Position numbers and translations under genes: made by a program. The notes beneath the pieces are model-generated. The model saw only the letters and a program-made list of their open reading frames with translations. It did not search any database and was not told the DNA's origin. From Antechinus flavipes (Eukaryota), in the NCBI RefSeq assembly GCF_016432865.1, contig NC_067401.1, forward strand, positions 52,080,001-52,144,000: 64,000 nucleotides of DNA, given 5' to 3'. Of this stretch, positions 1-13,197 are shown piece by piece. Positions within the stretch are counted from its first letter, which is position 1. Every line of letters starts with the position of its first letter.

Positions 1-2555
1 ACATTTAATCATTTATTTGTTAAAACTGTGTGAGATAAGTACTAGTATTATTATCACCTTTCTTTTTAAGATGAAACTGAGGCTCAAAGAGACTAGATTA
101 CTTTTCCAGGGTCACACAGGTAGGAAGTATCAGAATTTGAATCCAGTTCTCTCCTGATTCTAAAGTCAATGCCTTTACAATACTATTTTATACTGCCTTT
201 ACTACAATCTCATTGAGTAAGCTATCTATTTCCAGACATGTGAAAAGGTCTTCCTTATGGGGAAACCAAAGTCAGCCTCCCTCAAACTTCCCCTCATTGG
301 TTCTGTGGCTTCCTTCTAGAAAAATACAAAAGTAAGCCCAAAGTGGGTGGCTAGGTAGCAGGGTAGATGGAGTGCTGGACTTGGGCACAGGAGGACCCAA
401 GTCTGAATCCCACTTCAGACACTTAGGTTTGTGAGCTGGGCTTGTTACTTAATCTGTCTCAGTTTCCTCATCAGTAAAATAGAAGTAATAACAGCATCCA
501 ACCTACAAAGGTTATTGTCTAGATCAAGTCAGATAACATATATAAAAAGTACTTTTTATGAGGTGACTATATGTATAAAAGTAGAGAGAGCCTGAACTTC
601 GGATCTAGTGTCAGACTAGTCCTTTATTCTGTAGTGGTCGAGCTGTGCATTTGGGAAATAGCAAAGATAATAATAATAGCTAGTGTTTTTATTGTACTGT
701 CTATTGTCCTAAGTGCTTTACAAATCTTATCTCATTTGATCTTCCCAGCAATCCAACAAGTTAGGAGTTATTATTATCTCCATTTTACAGTTGGGGAAAT
801 TGAGGCAGACAGTGGTTAAGTGACTTGCCCAAGATCATACAGATATGAAGAGTCTGAGGTCGGATTTGAACTCAGGTCTTTCTGATACCAGAGCTAATGA
901 TCTCACCACTGTGTCACCTAGCAGTAGTACTCTGGGTCTGATATCCAGCATGGTTTTTCCTGTATTAATGAGTTTATGTTTTTCTGGGGTTTGTGTGTTT
1001 CTGGTTAAAATCTTGTACTTTGGCTGTGTTTATGATACTTGAGATCTTATCCCAGCTTCTACCAGTTGCCTGGGCATTGATGACTGATCATAGGGTTTCT
1101 CAAGAGCTATCCCTCTATTTCAGCACCTTTCCTTTCTCTACAATGCGTGTCAGAGATGGCAGATCACAGCCATTGTCCGGTGGGATAAGCAGATGCTTGT
1201 AAGCTTTAGTCGTGTCTTCTTGCATGTCATCCCATCTCTTTGGACTTCAGCATCTTCATCTACTAAACAAAGTGAGGGTTGTACCACGTGATCTCTAAGG
1301 AGATGACCCATTCTAAGTAAAACTGGGCTTCTGGAAAACAACAGATTTAGTTCCAAATCCCTTTCACCTAGTTCCAAAGGACTCTTCATTCTTTGGTTGT
1401 AGTTGGTTGTACAGAACATGGCTCAACAAACAAGACTTCTGTTCGGGTTGTTCAGGATATTTTTATTAAACAGCAGTGTTCGCCTTGGTGATGTTTGTGG
1501 TCACAGGATTTAACCCGGTGTTTGTTTTCAGAGATAGTGCCCAGCAGAAATCTCATTTTTCCAGTAGACTTTAAGTACTTCAAGGATCGGGATGATTTTT
1601 CATCTTGACTGTAGTCACAGTTTGCACAGTACTTTATTCCTTATAGGGAATGATCCGTTCACTCTCCCAGCCCAAAAAGGACACCACATCTCCCCATACA
1701 TCCTCCCTCTTGCCAGACCTGATGCCAAGGGGCATCCTGGCACAGCTCCAGAATCTAAGTTTAAAAAAAACAACAGCAGCCAAAAAATTAACCAAACCCA
1801 GCAGCAGCAAATACAATTACTATCAAAAGCCTGTCCTGACTTCCCTTGGATAGGGAGATGGGGAAGGGGGAAGAAGGTGATTCCCAAATTAGGTTTGTTG
1901 ACTCTGTTTTGTCTTGTGGGGCTCAGAGTTGAAGGTACAAAGTTGAATAACTGTCAGGATCAAATGCGATGATTTATCACCAGTCAGAGGAAGCTCAGAA
2001 CAACAACACAAAATTCAGCAAAACCTCTGTTTGCCAAGTGCCTTGTGTATGTGAGGCACTGAGCTAGGCACTTGAGATGCAAAGGTATTGATGACGCAGA
2101 CCTTGCCATCATGGAGCCTAACAGTTTCATGGGAGTGGGGGGTGGTAAGGGGAAAGGGATGTAGAGGAAGGAGGAAATAGAAAAATATTCTTACCTATAC
2201 ATGGATAAGTAAAAAGAAAGTATCAAGTATCCAGATAAAGTGTCATGAAAATTGGAGGACACAAATCACTTCCATCTGGAGGGGAGGAAATCAGAAAGAT
2301 TTCCTGGAAGAGATGGCACATGATTCAGGCTTTGAAAGCAGGGGGACTTTAACCCTTTGTACCTATAGCACCCACACACGCACACCTGATATTTATATTT
2401 AGATTTGGAAGGGACTTCTGAGTCCATCTAATCTAATTTCCTCATCTTACAGATAGCTTATCCAAGGTCATACAATAAGTAACAGAGTCCAGATTTGAAT
2501 CCGGGCCAAATCCATTGCCCTCTCCATGGTGTCATTTTGCATTCCTCTAACTACC

Positions 2556-2760
2556 GCCTAGCTGGTGCAACATTAGAACACTGCACGTGGACATTAAATC
2601 TGAGTTCCTATCTGGCCTCAGACATTTACCTGGGCACGTCACCATGTTTGCCTCAGTTTCCTTATCTGTAAAATGAGCTGGAGAAGAAAATAGCAAACCA
2701 TTACAATGCCTTTGCCAAGAAAAGCCCAAATGGGGTCACAAAGAATTGGACGACAACAAT
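2556..2760 (+). mobile_element. Marsupial CORE-SINE (MAR1/WSINE-like)
   Basis: CORE segment gcctcagtttccttatctgtaaaatgagctggagaag followed by the tail aagaaaagcccaaatggggtcacaaagaattggac. Confidence 0.7.
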
Positions 2761-2889
2761 AAATTTTCACCTCTGAGAATCTTTGCTTTGTCCTCCTGTC
2801 TTCATGTCTTAGCCATCACTCCAGTCCAGCTCCAGGCCCCTCTCCAAACCCTGGAATCCCCAGGGTCCCCAGATTTTCTTGAATCAACA

Positions 2890-3680
2890 AGCAGTTATTA
2901 AGCATCTGTTTTGTGCCAGGTGCTGAGGATGAAGGAAAGATGTATAACTTCTACGTATGTGTGTATATATTAATGTACAGAACAAATATAAAATAAATAT
3001 GAGGTTGGGAGAAGGGAAGCCATGAGGATTTCATAAGGTAGAGATGAGGAAGGGATGCATTCCAGGCTCAGAGGACAGACAGCTTATGCAAAAGGAGCTG
3101 TCCATTAGGTTGCTTTCTTGGGACCAGGTTTTCACCCTTCTTTGTATCCCTAAACTTACCATAGAGCCCAACACATGGTATGTGCTTAAGAGTTGACTGG
3201 CTACTAAATATAAGGATAATGAGACCAGTTTGATTAGATTGTAGTGTGGGAAGTAATGTCTAATGAGGCTGGAAAAAAAGATAGGAGCTAGATTTTGAAG
3301 GGCTTTAAGAACCAAACTGAAGAGTTTAGATTCTTTTAGTCAAAGAAGAAATAGGGAGCCACTGAAGTTTATAGAATAGTAGAGTGATATGGCCAGAGAT
3401 GAACTTAAAGAAAATCATTTTGTCAGCTGTATGAAGATTGGAGAGAGAAGAGAAAAGGCAGAAAGATCACTTAGGGGGCCATTGCAAGAATCCAGGGGAG
3501 ACATTAAAAGGACCTGAACTATGGCAGTAGCAACGGAATAGAGAGAAAGGATTGGATTGTGAGAGATGTGGAAGAGGAAACTGCAGATTTTGGCCACTGT
3601 AGGATGTAGGGGGAGGGAGAGTAGAGAGACAAGGATAATGCTGAGGTTGCTAACCTGGGAGCCTGGAAGGACGGTGTCTC
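2890..3680 (-). mobile_element. Degraded LINE-2 fragments
   Basis: ttattaagca...tgtgccagg end and L2-like body (ggagccactgaagttt...agtgatatggccaga). Boundaries are approximate. Confidence 0.5.
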
Positions 3681-3770
3681 AGGACGAGCAGCTTTAAGCC
3701 TTCATAGAAGAAATAAGCTATATGATTTTAAAGAGATAATTTCATGATTAATGGTTGTCTCAATCTCTTC

Positions 3771-4280
3771 TGTTTCTAGGCACCCAGTGGACAGGGGGGC
3801 TGGGAAGAAAGTGTTTCTGTCCTTGGAGAAAGGAGGCTTCAGAACTCTTGGCTTAACAAAGGCCTTTAAATTATCTCCTAAAGAGAAGGCTAAATAACAC
3901 TTAACAGCTGGGACAGAGTTTTATTTATTAGAAGGGAGATAGTAATGAGAGCAGAGACAGGAGATTAAGGCCCCCAGTGCAATTGCTGAAGTGTGAATTT
4001 CTAACTAATCTTAACATCAGGAAGGGGGTTGCCAAGCTGCACATAGAAAGTGGGACCCAGAATCTTTTTTCTTCTTCTATAGGAAAATGGCTCAGTGGGA
4101 AATAGGGAGAGGGCATAAGGGAAGATATCATCTCCTTCTATCTCAGGTATCTCTAAGACCCAAGGTCATCCCCTGGATGTTTTGTCCAGAAATTCATTTC
4201 TTTCTGATCCCTGCAAAGCACATTAAATGGAGCTTCCTGGGCAGAGCCCATGGACATATACCTCAATCCATTTTGCAACA
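3771..4280 (-). mobile_element. Possible solo LTR (~510 bp)
   Basis: Begins TG and ends CA, with AATAAA on the minus strand near 3920. No TSD was found, so the call is tentative. Confidence 0.3.
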
Positions 4281-6017
4281 ATAAATTTTCACCTCTAAGA
4301 ATCTTTGCTTTGTTCTCCTGTCTGCATGTCTTAACCATCACTCCAGTCTGTCTCTAATCCCCTCTTCAAACCCTGGAATCTCCAGAATCCCCAGATTTTC
4401 TCAAATCAAATCTTGGCAAAGGCAAATAGAAGTAGGAAAGTGATCGCCAGGGAAGCTCAGAAAGACCTAAGGGCAGATCAGCTCCAGTCAAAAATAACTG
4501 CTAATATTTATATCACACTTGAAGGTTTTTAAAGTATTTTTACATCTATTAGCTCTTTTGATCCTCACAACAACCCTAGGAGGTAGGCGCTTTTATTATC
4601 TACATCTTACAGATGAGCAAATTAAGGCTAAGAAAGATTGAGTGACTTGTCCATGGTGTCACAGCTAAAGTTGGAGGAAAGATTTGACCTCAGGTCTTCT
4701 TGACTTCAAGTCACAATGTACCAGTATGGTTGAGGATTCCTAAAGGACATGGGGGAATGTACCTACTTCAAAGGATCTTCTAGTACTGATGAGAAAAAGC
4801 AAAAACATATGAGAGGTTTACTAACAAAACAACATTTCTCATGAGGCAGAAAGGAAGTATGATGAATAGAAAGATGCTCATCTGGGGTCTAATGCCAGCT
4901 CTGCCAGGAACTGACTACTTCTCCTCTCTGGATCTGATTCCTAAAGGATGGATTATACCCCAACACTCTAAGGTTCCTTCTAGTATAGATGTGCTGGAAG
5001 GCAGCTTAGTGGATAAAGTCCCCAGCTTAAGGATAGGAAGACTTGAATTCAGCTCCTACTTCAGATTCTAGATAAGTCCCTTAATCTTCGTTTAGCTCAT
5101 CTGTAAAATGGGGATAACAATAGTACCTATCTCAAAAAAATTGTTGTGAAGTTCAAAAGTATTTGGGAACCCTAAAATACTCTGGAAACAGTAGCCATTA
5201 TTATCTTTTTTATTATTATTTCACAACTGGTGAATACTAAAATTACTCAGAGAAAGGAAGAGATATAGAGAAAAGCCTCTTGGGATTGCAAATGTCAGGA
5301 GACAAGAGACTGAGAGCACAATCCATCTCTTATCCTGCTACAGCAGTAGAAGTTGCAAGAGAGGCAGATTTTGACTTGTTATAAGAAGTGAAAAGTGCTG
5401 CCAAGAAAGCATTGATGGATGTCCAGAGCTAAGGGGGGAGTCCCAGTGTATTCTGCCTTAGCCTAGCCAGACCTTTGGACATATCGTATGCATTTCTGAG
5501 CTCCACATTTTAAGATAAGACATTGGTGATCTAGAGAGTAGCTGAGGGAGGACAATGAGGATGATTCTTGATTTTATGCTAAGTACCAATTGAAGGAACC
5601 GGGAACATTGTGAGACTTGGTGAAAGGAACTGGGATGGGGACTAAATGCTTTTTGATTTGATTTGTTGGTTAATTGATTGCTGTAAGAAATGGGTTTCCT
5701 CATTGGAGGATAGACAAGATTCCTCACCGGGTCCAGATTGGACTCATCACCTCCAAGGTCCTTTCAACTTTTAACATTGTATGATACTATCATCCATGAC
5801 CATGGGTCCATGGGGAAGGAGTATGATTTAAATCCATGGTAGCCCAGATCCTTTATTTTGGGCATTGCTTCCTCCCTTCCTATTAGAAGAATCAACATCG
5901 GGAGAATAGCTAGAGGAAGATGTCTGGAAAATAATAACCTTGACTGTTCTTCAAGCCCTTAATGAGAGGAAAGGGGAACAGCAAGATGGAAGGGGCAAAG
6001 AGACCACACTGACTTGA

Positions 6018-6218
<201 letters not shown>

Positions 6219-7908
6219 TAAGGGAGGCTACTTGCCCAAATTATTCAAGGTAAGCCAGATATTCACAGAGATTAGAAGACCCAAGTTCAGATTCTGACTT
6301 TTACACTTACTAACTCTGGAGCTCTGGTGGATAAATCACTTAAATATCACTGACCTTTAGTGTCTTCATTTATGAATAAGAGCAGCATGGCAGAGGAATA
6401 GGAGGACCAGGATGGGAGGCTGACCTCTACCTCATACTGACTGTGTGTGTGACCATGGGTGGTTGTGTGATCATTGTGTGATATTCAGCCTCTTACTTAG
6501 TACGTGAATTCTTTCTGTTGCATTCCTAATAGGGGATCGCCGAACTTTTGCAGGTGGCAACCCTAATCCGATCCTGAATAGCCTTACCTCAGTGGCCAGT
6601 CATTATTTATTTTGCATCCAAACTCTTCTCTCTTTGGATTCTATCCATTCCTCTGCCCTCTCGAATTACATGGAATAAATGGGATAAAGGGGGAAATAGA
6701 GGATATAAAGATTACCTAAGGCATGCTTCCTAGGCTCAAGAAGCTTTGGGTCTCATGGCTGGATGTTATAGATGTAGCAGAAATAAAGGGCTTTGGAGAC
6801 AGAGTGAGGTCAAGAATATGAACTTCTCTTCCCAGGTGCAGATTCGTCATCATCTCTTGTACATAAGCTCCCACATAAGAGATGGGTCTGACCCTAACTC
6901 TTCAGAAGGAACCCAAATAGCAGACACAAGCTAGGGTAGCATGGAGAAAAAAAATCTGCCAGAAAAAATCTACCACTTGTTTTAGTGTTTGAATAACACC
7001 CATTTGGGGATGGGAGTCTCTTTTTGAGGGTAGGGAGAATGAGGAACAATGAAGGTTGAGACTGTATCAGAACAAGGTATTATTTAAAGACTGATCAGGT
7101 AGAAGCTAAATGATTTTTTGTCCAAGATGTTTTAGAGAGAAATGGTTCCTTGGAGAGTTAATCATTTATTAAATTATAATCAATCATTTAAGTTAAACAT
7201 TTATTAATCAGCTATTATGTGTCAGGCACTGTGCTAAGCACTGGGGATACAAGTAAAAGCCCAAAAAAGGCCCTACCCTCAAGGAGCTTACATTCTGATT
7301 GGGAAAAGCAACACCTAAAAAGGAGCTGGAAGGAGTGCCCAAGTGATGGCATAATTTCAAAGAGCATAAAATCAAAAGCACAGTCAGGAGGGTAATAAAG
7401 AATGGCCTGTCATGAATGAAATATGGCTAATCTGAACTAGCAGCTCCAAAATGGAGACCCAGAAAGGAATTCGCTATTGGGAGAAAGGGATCACCACGGC
7501 AGAGCCATATTGCAAGGTGAGAAAGTCCCAGGATGCCAGGATGAAAGGGCAGCTGGGTCACAACTGCAAAGTCTACAGTCAGAAGCATAGCCAAGCGGGA
7601 ACTAAAGCATGGTCAACAGAAGTCAGTCATCCCCCAAATGGAAACCCTGCCACAAACTCACCAATGGGAGAAGGGGAGTGGCTTGGCAAAGGAATATTTC
7701 AGATAAGAAGATCCAATACGATGTGTTCTCTAACTCTGTGCTTCTGAGCGCAAAAACCAGTGTTGACCTAATGACATTAGAATCAACACATTCTAATTTC
7801 CCAGAAACTGCCACTCCAAGAGGCTGTGCTGTGCTGTGACCCAGGTCCTCTGACACAGAAGCCAGATTCCTTCAGATTCCTTCCTATTGGGCTATCCACC
7901 TATTAGTA

Positions 7909-8165
7909 TTATTGTGGTTCAGTTGTTTAGTCATAACTTACCTTTCATGATTCCATTTGGGGTTTTCTTGGCAGAGTTACTGCAATGGTTTGCTATTTCC
8001 TTCTCCAGCTCATTTTACAGATAAGGAAATAGGAGCAAATATGGTTAAGTGACTTGCCCAGGATCATATAGCTAATATGAATCTAAAGACAGATTTAAAC
8101 CAGAAAGATGAATCTTCCTGACTCTCAGCCTGGTACCTTATTCACTGCATCATCCAACTGCCCTA
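7909..8165 (-). mobile_element. Marsupial CORE-SINE (MAR1/WSINE-like)
   Basis: Reverse-strand tail ccatttggggttttcttggcaga plus the core ccagctcattttacagat. Confidence 0.7.
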
Positions 8166-8442
8166 GTGTTAGTTTAATATCATGTGTAATTTGGTAAACA
8201 TGACCTCTGAACTATATCTAAATTATTTTCAAAGTTGTAGAGGAAGAGCATTCTAGCATTCCACCAAACTCTTGCTTTATAGGTTGACATTTATCCATTC
8301 ANNNNNNNNNNNNNNNNNNNNNNNNNNNNNNNNNNNNNNNNNNNNNNNNNNNNNNNNNNNNNNNNNNNNNNNNNNNNNNNNNNNNNNNNNNNNNNNNNNN
8401 NNNNNNNNNNNNNNNNNNNNNNNNNNNNNNAGCCTCAGAGAC

Positions 8443-8635
8443 CAGGAGTTGGCAAACTGTAGCCTAAGGGCCAAAGCTATCCTGGTGCCTGTTTTTATAT
8501 TACTCATGAACAAAGAATGATTTTTACATTTTTAAATCAAGTTTTTATTAAACATTAAAATGTAAAAAACCACTCTTACTTTGCAGGCTATATGAAAATA
8601 GGCAAGCTGACTGGATTATAGTTTGCTGCCCCTTG
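8443..8635. mobile_element. hAT-Charlie non-autonomous element (MER58/Cheshire-like)
   Basis: Degenerate terminal inverted repeats caggagttggcaaact ... agtttgctgcccctt, with the internal aagaatgatttttacatttttaaat segment typical of this group. Confidence 0.55.
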
Positions 8636-10984
8636 ATCTTGCTGACCAAAAATCTCAGATACAAATCTCTAACAGGTGTTCATTCAGCTTACATGTTTCT
8701 ACATCAATTGAGAAAGACCTCACTGGTCTCCTGGAGTAGTTCATTCCACTCCTGGAGAGCTCTAATTGGTAGGAAGCACCGTGGAAAGAGCCTAGAATAT
8801 GAAATTAGAAGGCCTGGGAAACTGTCATCTATTACCTGTGTAACCTTGAAGCAGATCATTTAACCTCTGCTGACCTCTATTTCCCCACCTATTAAAGGAG
8901 GAGATTGAGCTAAATGATCTCCTAACATACACTATAGCTCTAATCTATTATCCTGTAATCCTTCAACCCCTCCCTTGAAACGAGGACTGCCCGTCACCCC
9001 TCCAATTAGATCCCAGACTCTGGAACTGTCATTATGTTCCCTAGCTGAAGTCCTACAGGACAATGGACCTGAAGCTTGGGTTTGATGGGAATGAAAGGAC
9101 TCTGGGTTTCCTTGTGGAAGGCAAAGATGCTTCAAGACATCCCAATGAAGACTGCAGAAACAGACTGTTTATAGGGACCCCAACAAGAATCTTCCTCAGG
9201 GAAAGGAAAGAGGAAGCAGGGGAGGGAGTTCTAGTCCCCAAAAGTGAACAGAACAAAGAACCACTCGCTCTTCNNNNNNNNNNNNNNNNNNNNNNNNNNN
9301 NNNNNNNNNNNNNNNNNNNNNNNNNNNNNNNNNNNNNNNNNNNNNNNNNNNNNNNNNNNNNNNNNNNNNNNNNNNNNNNNNNNNNNNNNNNNNNNNNNNN
9401 NNNNNNNNNNNNNNNNNNNNNNNNNNNNNNNNNNNNNNNNNNNNNNNNNNNNNNNNNNNNNNNNNNNNNNNNNNNNNNNNNNNNNNNNNNNNNNNNNNNN
9501 NNNNNNNNNNNNNNNNNNNNNNNNNNNNNNNNNNNNNNNNNNNNNNNNNNNNNNNNNNNNNNNNNNNNNNNNNNNNNNNNNNNNNNNNNNNNNNNNNCTT
9601 GGCAGCTTAAATGCTCCAAAGATAGATTGTTTGTTCCTCCCCAAAGCCCACAATGGAAAAGAATTAATTAGACGTGGTTTTGGCTGACTCCACAGAACGG
9701 TGCCAGGCAGCCTAGGTCAGGGCAAGGGAGGTAGGCAGGATGGAACTGAGGCGATTGATCCTTTCTCAGCAAAGTACATCCTGGCAAAGTTAGGAAGCAG
9801 TGAACAGCCTGGTATTGAAAAATGAGATCAGCTTGTGTTGACTCCAGTGTCATGATGACAGCATTTCCTGGTTAAAATCTGAGGTTTAGATTTTGAGGGG
9901 GGATTACAGGCTGTTAGAGAAAAGTTCTCGGAGCTCTAAAAGAACAGGACTATGAAACTCTCAGGCAAAATCTTTACTCAGATGGCCCATGGCTTGGAGG
10001 GTTGTATTAGGATATCTTAAGACACTCTGGGACTGAACATAGTACTGGATGAGCAAAGGACTTAACCTGGCAAAACCTTAAGCCTCCAGGTGTCATCTCT
10101 TCAAATCCCTTACCAAAAACAGTGCTAGGAACTCTGCTTAAATACAAAGCAAAGAAGTTTGGTGCCCTGGGACAATGCTCCATTTGCTTCACCCTAGTTA
10201 ATGCTTTACTTGTCTCTAGTCAAATCAGTGGAAGAGCAGTTTCCCAAATTCTCTCTGGTTTTGGACCCACCCCATCCCATCTCCACCCCCCATCCCAGCA
10301 CCAGAGTACTTGCAGCAATTAGGTGCTCACTGGAATCAACACTAGGGGCATTCTGAAATGCTTTCAACTGAGCAAATGATTTAGAGAAATAATTGGCCAC
10401 ATTTTCCAAGCTCCTAGCTTTACCTTTAGCCTATGTAATAGCAACAAAGGCTGTATCCCTAACCCAGCTGTTTTCAAGGTTTTTCCCATCCCATCTCCCC
10501 ACCTCTTGGGGCATCTTATCTGTTTCCTACTGTCCTCCAAAGGTTATGAGTGAGAAAGTGGGAACTTCCCCATTACTATATAAAGTACATCCCAGGTCTG
10601 TTAAGAGACAACTCTGTCTTTTTTCCTCATGCTGGCAGATGAAGATGACTCCCTCCCCCTCTCCCTCCTTCTCTTCCTCCTTCCTTCCTTGTCTATCTGA
10701 CATCAGAGTAAATATTTACAAGCTTTTCACTCAGGCTGATGCTGCCTTTCCTCAAGGTTGTTCAACCCTACCCCCTTTCACCTTGGGCTCTCTGCCAGGG
10801 AGAAAAAGTAGTTATCTGATTTTGGTGGCTGAGGCTGTGCATCTCAGGTCTGGGGAAGACTTCTTGGAGCAAGGATAGTAGAGCAAATGTTAGCCCTCAA
10901 CCAAAGCCAATCCTCTGAGAGAGAGAGAAACTCTGAAAATAAGCATCTACCTACATGTCTGCGGCCTAAAAAGGAAATGAATGT

Positions 10985-11163
10985 TCCTTCTTTCCTTCAC
11001 TTCCTTAACCTCAATATTTCTCTTTTCTTTTCTCTCTCTCTCCCTTATTTCTCTTTTTCTCTCTCTTGCTCTTTCTTTCTCTCCTCTCTCATCCTTTCTC
11101 CTTTCCTCTTTCTCTCTTTCTCTTTCTCCTTCTCCCTCTTCTTTACTCCTTCCTCTCATCCCC

Positions 11164-11238
<75 letters not shown>

Positions 11239-11400
11239 CTTCCCTAACCTTTCTTATCTCTCTCCTTTTCCCTCCCTACTTCTCTTCCTTCCTCATTTAT
11301 TAATCTCTCTCCCACTCCTCTCCACTCCCCTATCTTCCCCATCCTCTCCTCCCACATCCCTCCCTCCCACTCTCTCTTCATCTTTCTCCTTCCATTCTTC
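10985..11400. repeat. Polypyrimidine/polypurine tract including (TC)32 at 11171-11234
   Basis: Almost exclusively C/T on the + strand for about 400 nt. Confidence 0.9.
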
Positions 11401-11686
11401 CAAGGAGAAAACTATGTTGGCCACTCCAGAAGAGAGATATAAATATTCAGGTACTAAAGGGCACCTGTAAGCAAAACTGTTAAAAGGTACTTAAAGAATG
11501 GAGGGTGAGATTGATGGAGAGCTAGAGCACTCAGAATGAGTGATCATCACCAAAGGGGAATGAGCATTTCCTGCAATCATCTCCTTTCGAAAAGGCAAAA
11601 ACTGACGCTCCATACCCCTCCTCTCCCATTGAAATCTGCACCTATTGGGAATGGGTAAAGGCCGGTTAGCCTGTGCTCTGTATTTT

Positions 11687-11909
11687 CCTCAGCTGAACTA
11701 GAAGGCAGATTCATCTTCCCGAGTTCCAATCTAACCTCAGACACTCCCTAGCTGTGTGACACTGGGCCAGGCACTTCACCCTGTCTGCCTCAGTTTCCTC
11801 CTCTATAAATGAGCTGGAGAAGGAAATGGCAGACCACTCCAGTATCTTTACCAAGAAAACCCCAAACGGAGTCAAAAAGAATCAGATATGAATGAAAACA
11901 ACCAAACAA
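11687..11909 (+). mobile_element. Marsupial CORE-SINE (MAR1/WSINE-like)
   Basis: ctgcctcagtttcctc...aatgagctggagaaggaaatggc...aagaaaaccccaaac. Confidence 0.7.
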
Positions 11910-12961
11910 GTTTAATATGTAATCCTCTTTCTTGCATGCTTCTTTATAAATAGAAATTTTTATGTTGGATGGTGTTTATCGAGTGCATAATAATAAAAAA
12001 TTAACATTTTAAAAGATTTTAAAATGAGAGGCAGTATGTATGAATGAATTGAAAAAAACAACACTTATTAAGTTTTTACCACATGCAAAGCACCACATTA
12101 AGAATTGAGGCTATAAATAGAAAAATTAGGCAGTCCCTCCTCTCAAGGAACACATAGTCTAAAAAGGGGAGAAAACGTGTAAATTTCAAGTCAGATAGAA
12201 AGGTCCTCAGGTGGGGGGGATAGCATCAAAGGAGACTAGAATGTCCCTTCTTTTATGTCACTTCCTCTGATAAAAATCATATCAAGCATAGTGAAAAGAG
12301 AACTTGGCATCAAACCACAAATACTGGAATTTTTAGTCTATTTCTGACATACTGGCTGTGTGACCTTGGACATATCAGCTAACCTCCAGGACTCCCAGCA
12401 AGTCTCAAAGACTATAAACTGCAAAGTAGGGGTTTGCCTGCATTAGCAGAGGCAATTTTATCACCTGGGAGTTGCCTATACCGATGAAATTCCAAATCTA
12501 GTCCCAATGCTTAAAAATCATTTTTAAAGAAAAATATGGAGCTAAATGCTAGCATGGAAAAGGTGATCTTAGGTTTGAATATTAAAGAATTATCATTATT
12601 ATAATCATAGACAAGCCATGTTTGTAGAACTGCAAATGATAGAATGCTGCAGTCTCATAAAAACTGAAGTGGAGGATTTCTCAAGGAGCAGCAGAAAGGT
12701 GAATAGTGAATAGTTGGGGTGAGCAAGCTGCAATACATTATATATACAGGGAATCACAGAGAAGAGAGAAAAATCAAGGCTGTCACCAAAGAAGTGTATG
12801 AGGACAAAGTCGGTTGTCTGATGATGGAGAAGAACTCATATGATCCATTTGTAGCATTCCCCCCCTCCCCATCAAGGGAATTTAAGGAAAATTGCAAGAT
12901 CCCTTGGGACAACAGCTCAAACAACCTTTCAAGGTAGATGCTGTTATTAAACCTATTTTTT

Positions 12962-13197
12962 TCTTTGTTGTTGTCATTTCAGTCACATCTGACTCTTCAT
13001 GACTCCATTTGGGGTTTTCTTGGCAGAGATATTGGAGTGGTCTACCATTTCCTTCTCTATTCATTTTACAGATGAGGAAACTGAGGCAGACAGAGTCAAG
13101 TGCCATGCCCAGTGTCACACAGTTAGTATGGTCCAAGACTGGTTTGAACTCAGGCCTTCCTGACTCCAGATCCCACACTTTATCCATTGTGTAGCTG
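12962..13197 (-). mobile_element. Marsupial CORE-SINE (MAR1/WSINE-like)
   Basis: actccatttggggttttcttggcagag...ttttacagatgaggaaactgaggc. Confidence 0.7.

Noticed and set aside
6552-6566. GGTGGCAACCCT shared with 28586-28597, resembling hAT-Tip100-type termini
   Set aside because: No partner terminus or TSD was found for either copy; at best isolated fossil ends.
8302-8430. Two gaps of identical length (129 N, also 29958-30086)
   Set aside because: Most likely a scaffolding or gap-size artefact, not biology; the true gap sizes are unknown.
10887-11470. Leu/Ser-rich and Arg/Glu-rich ORFs (also at 62347-63322)
   Set aside because: Translations of (CT)n/(GT)n microsatellites and N runs.
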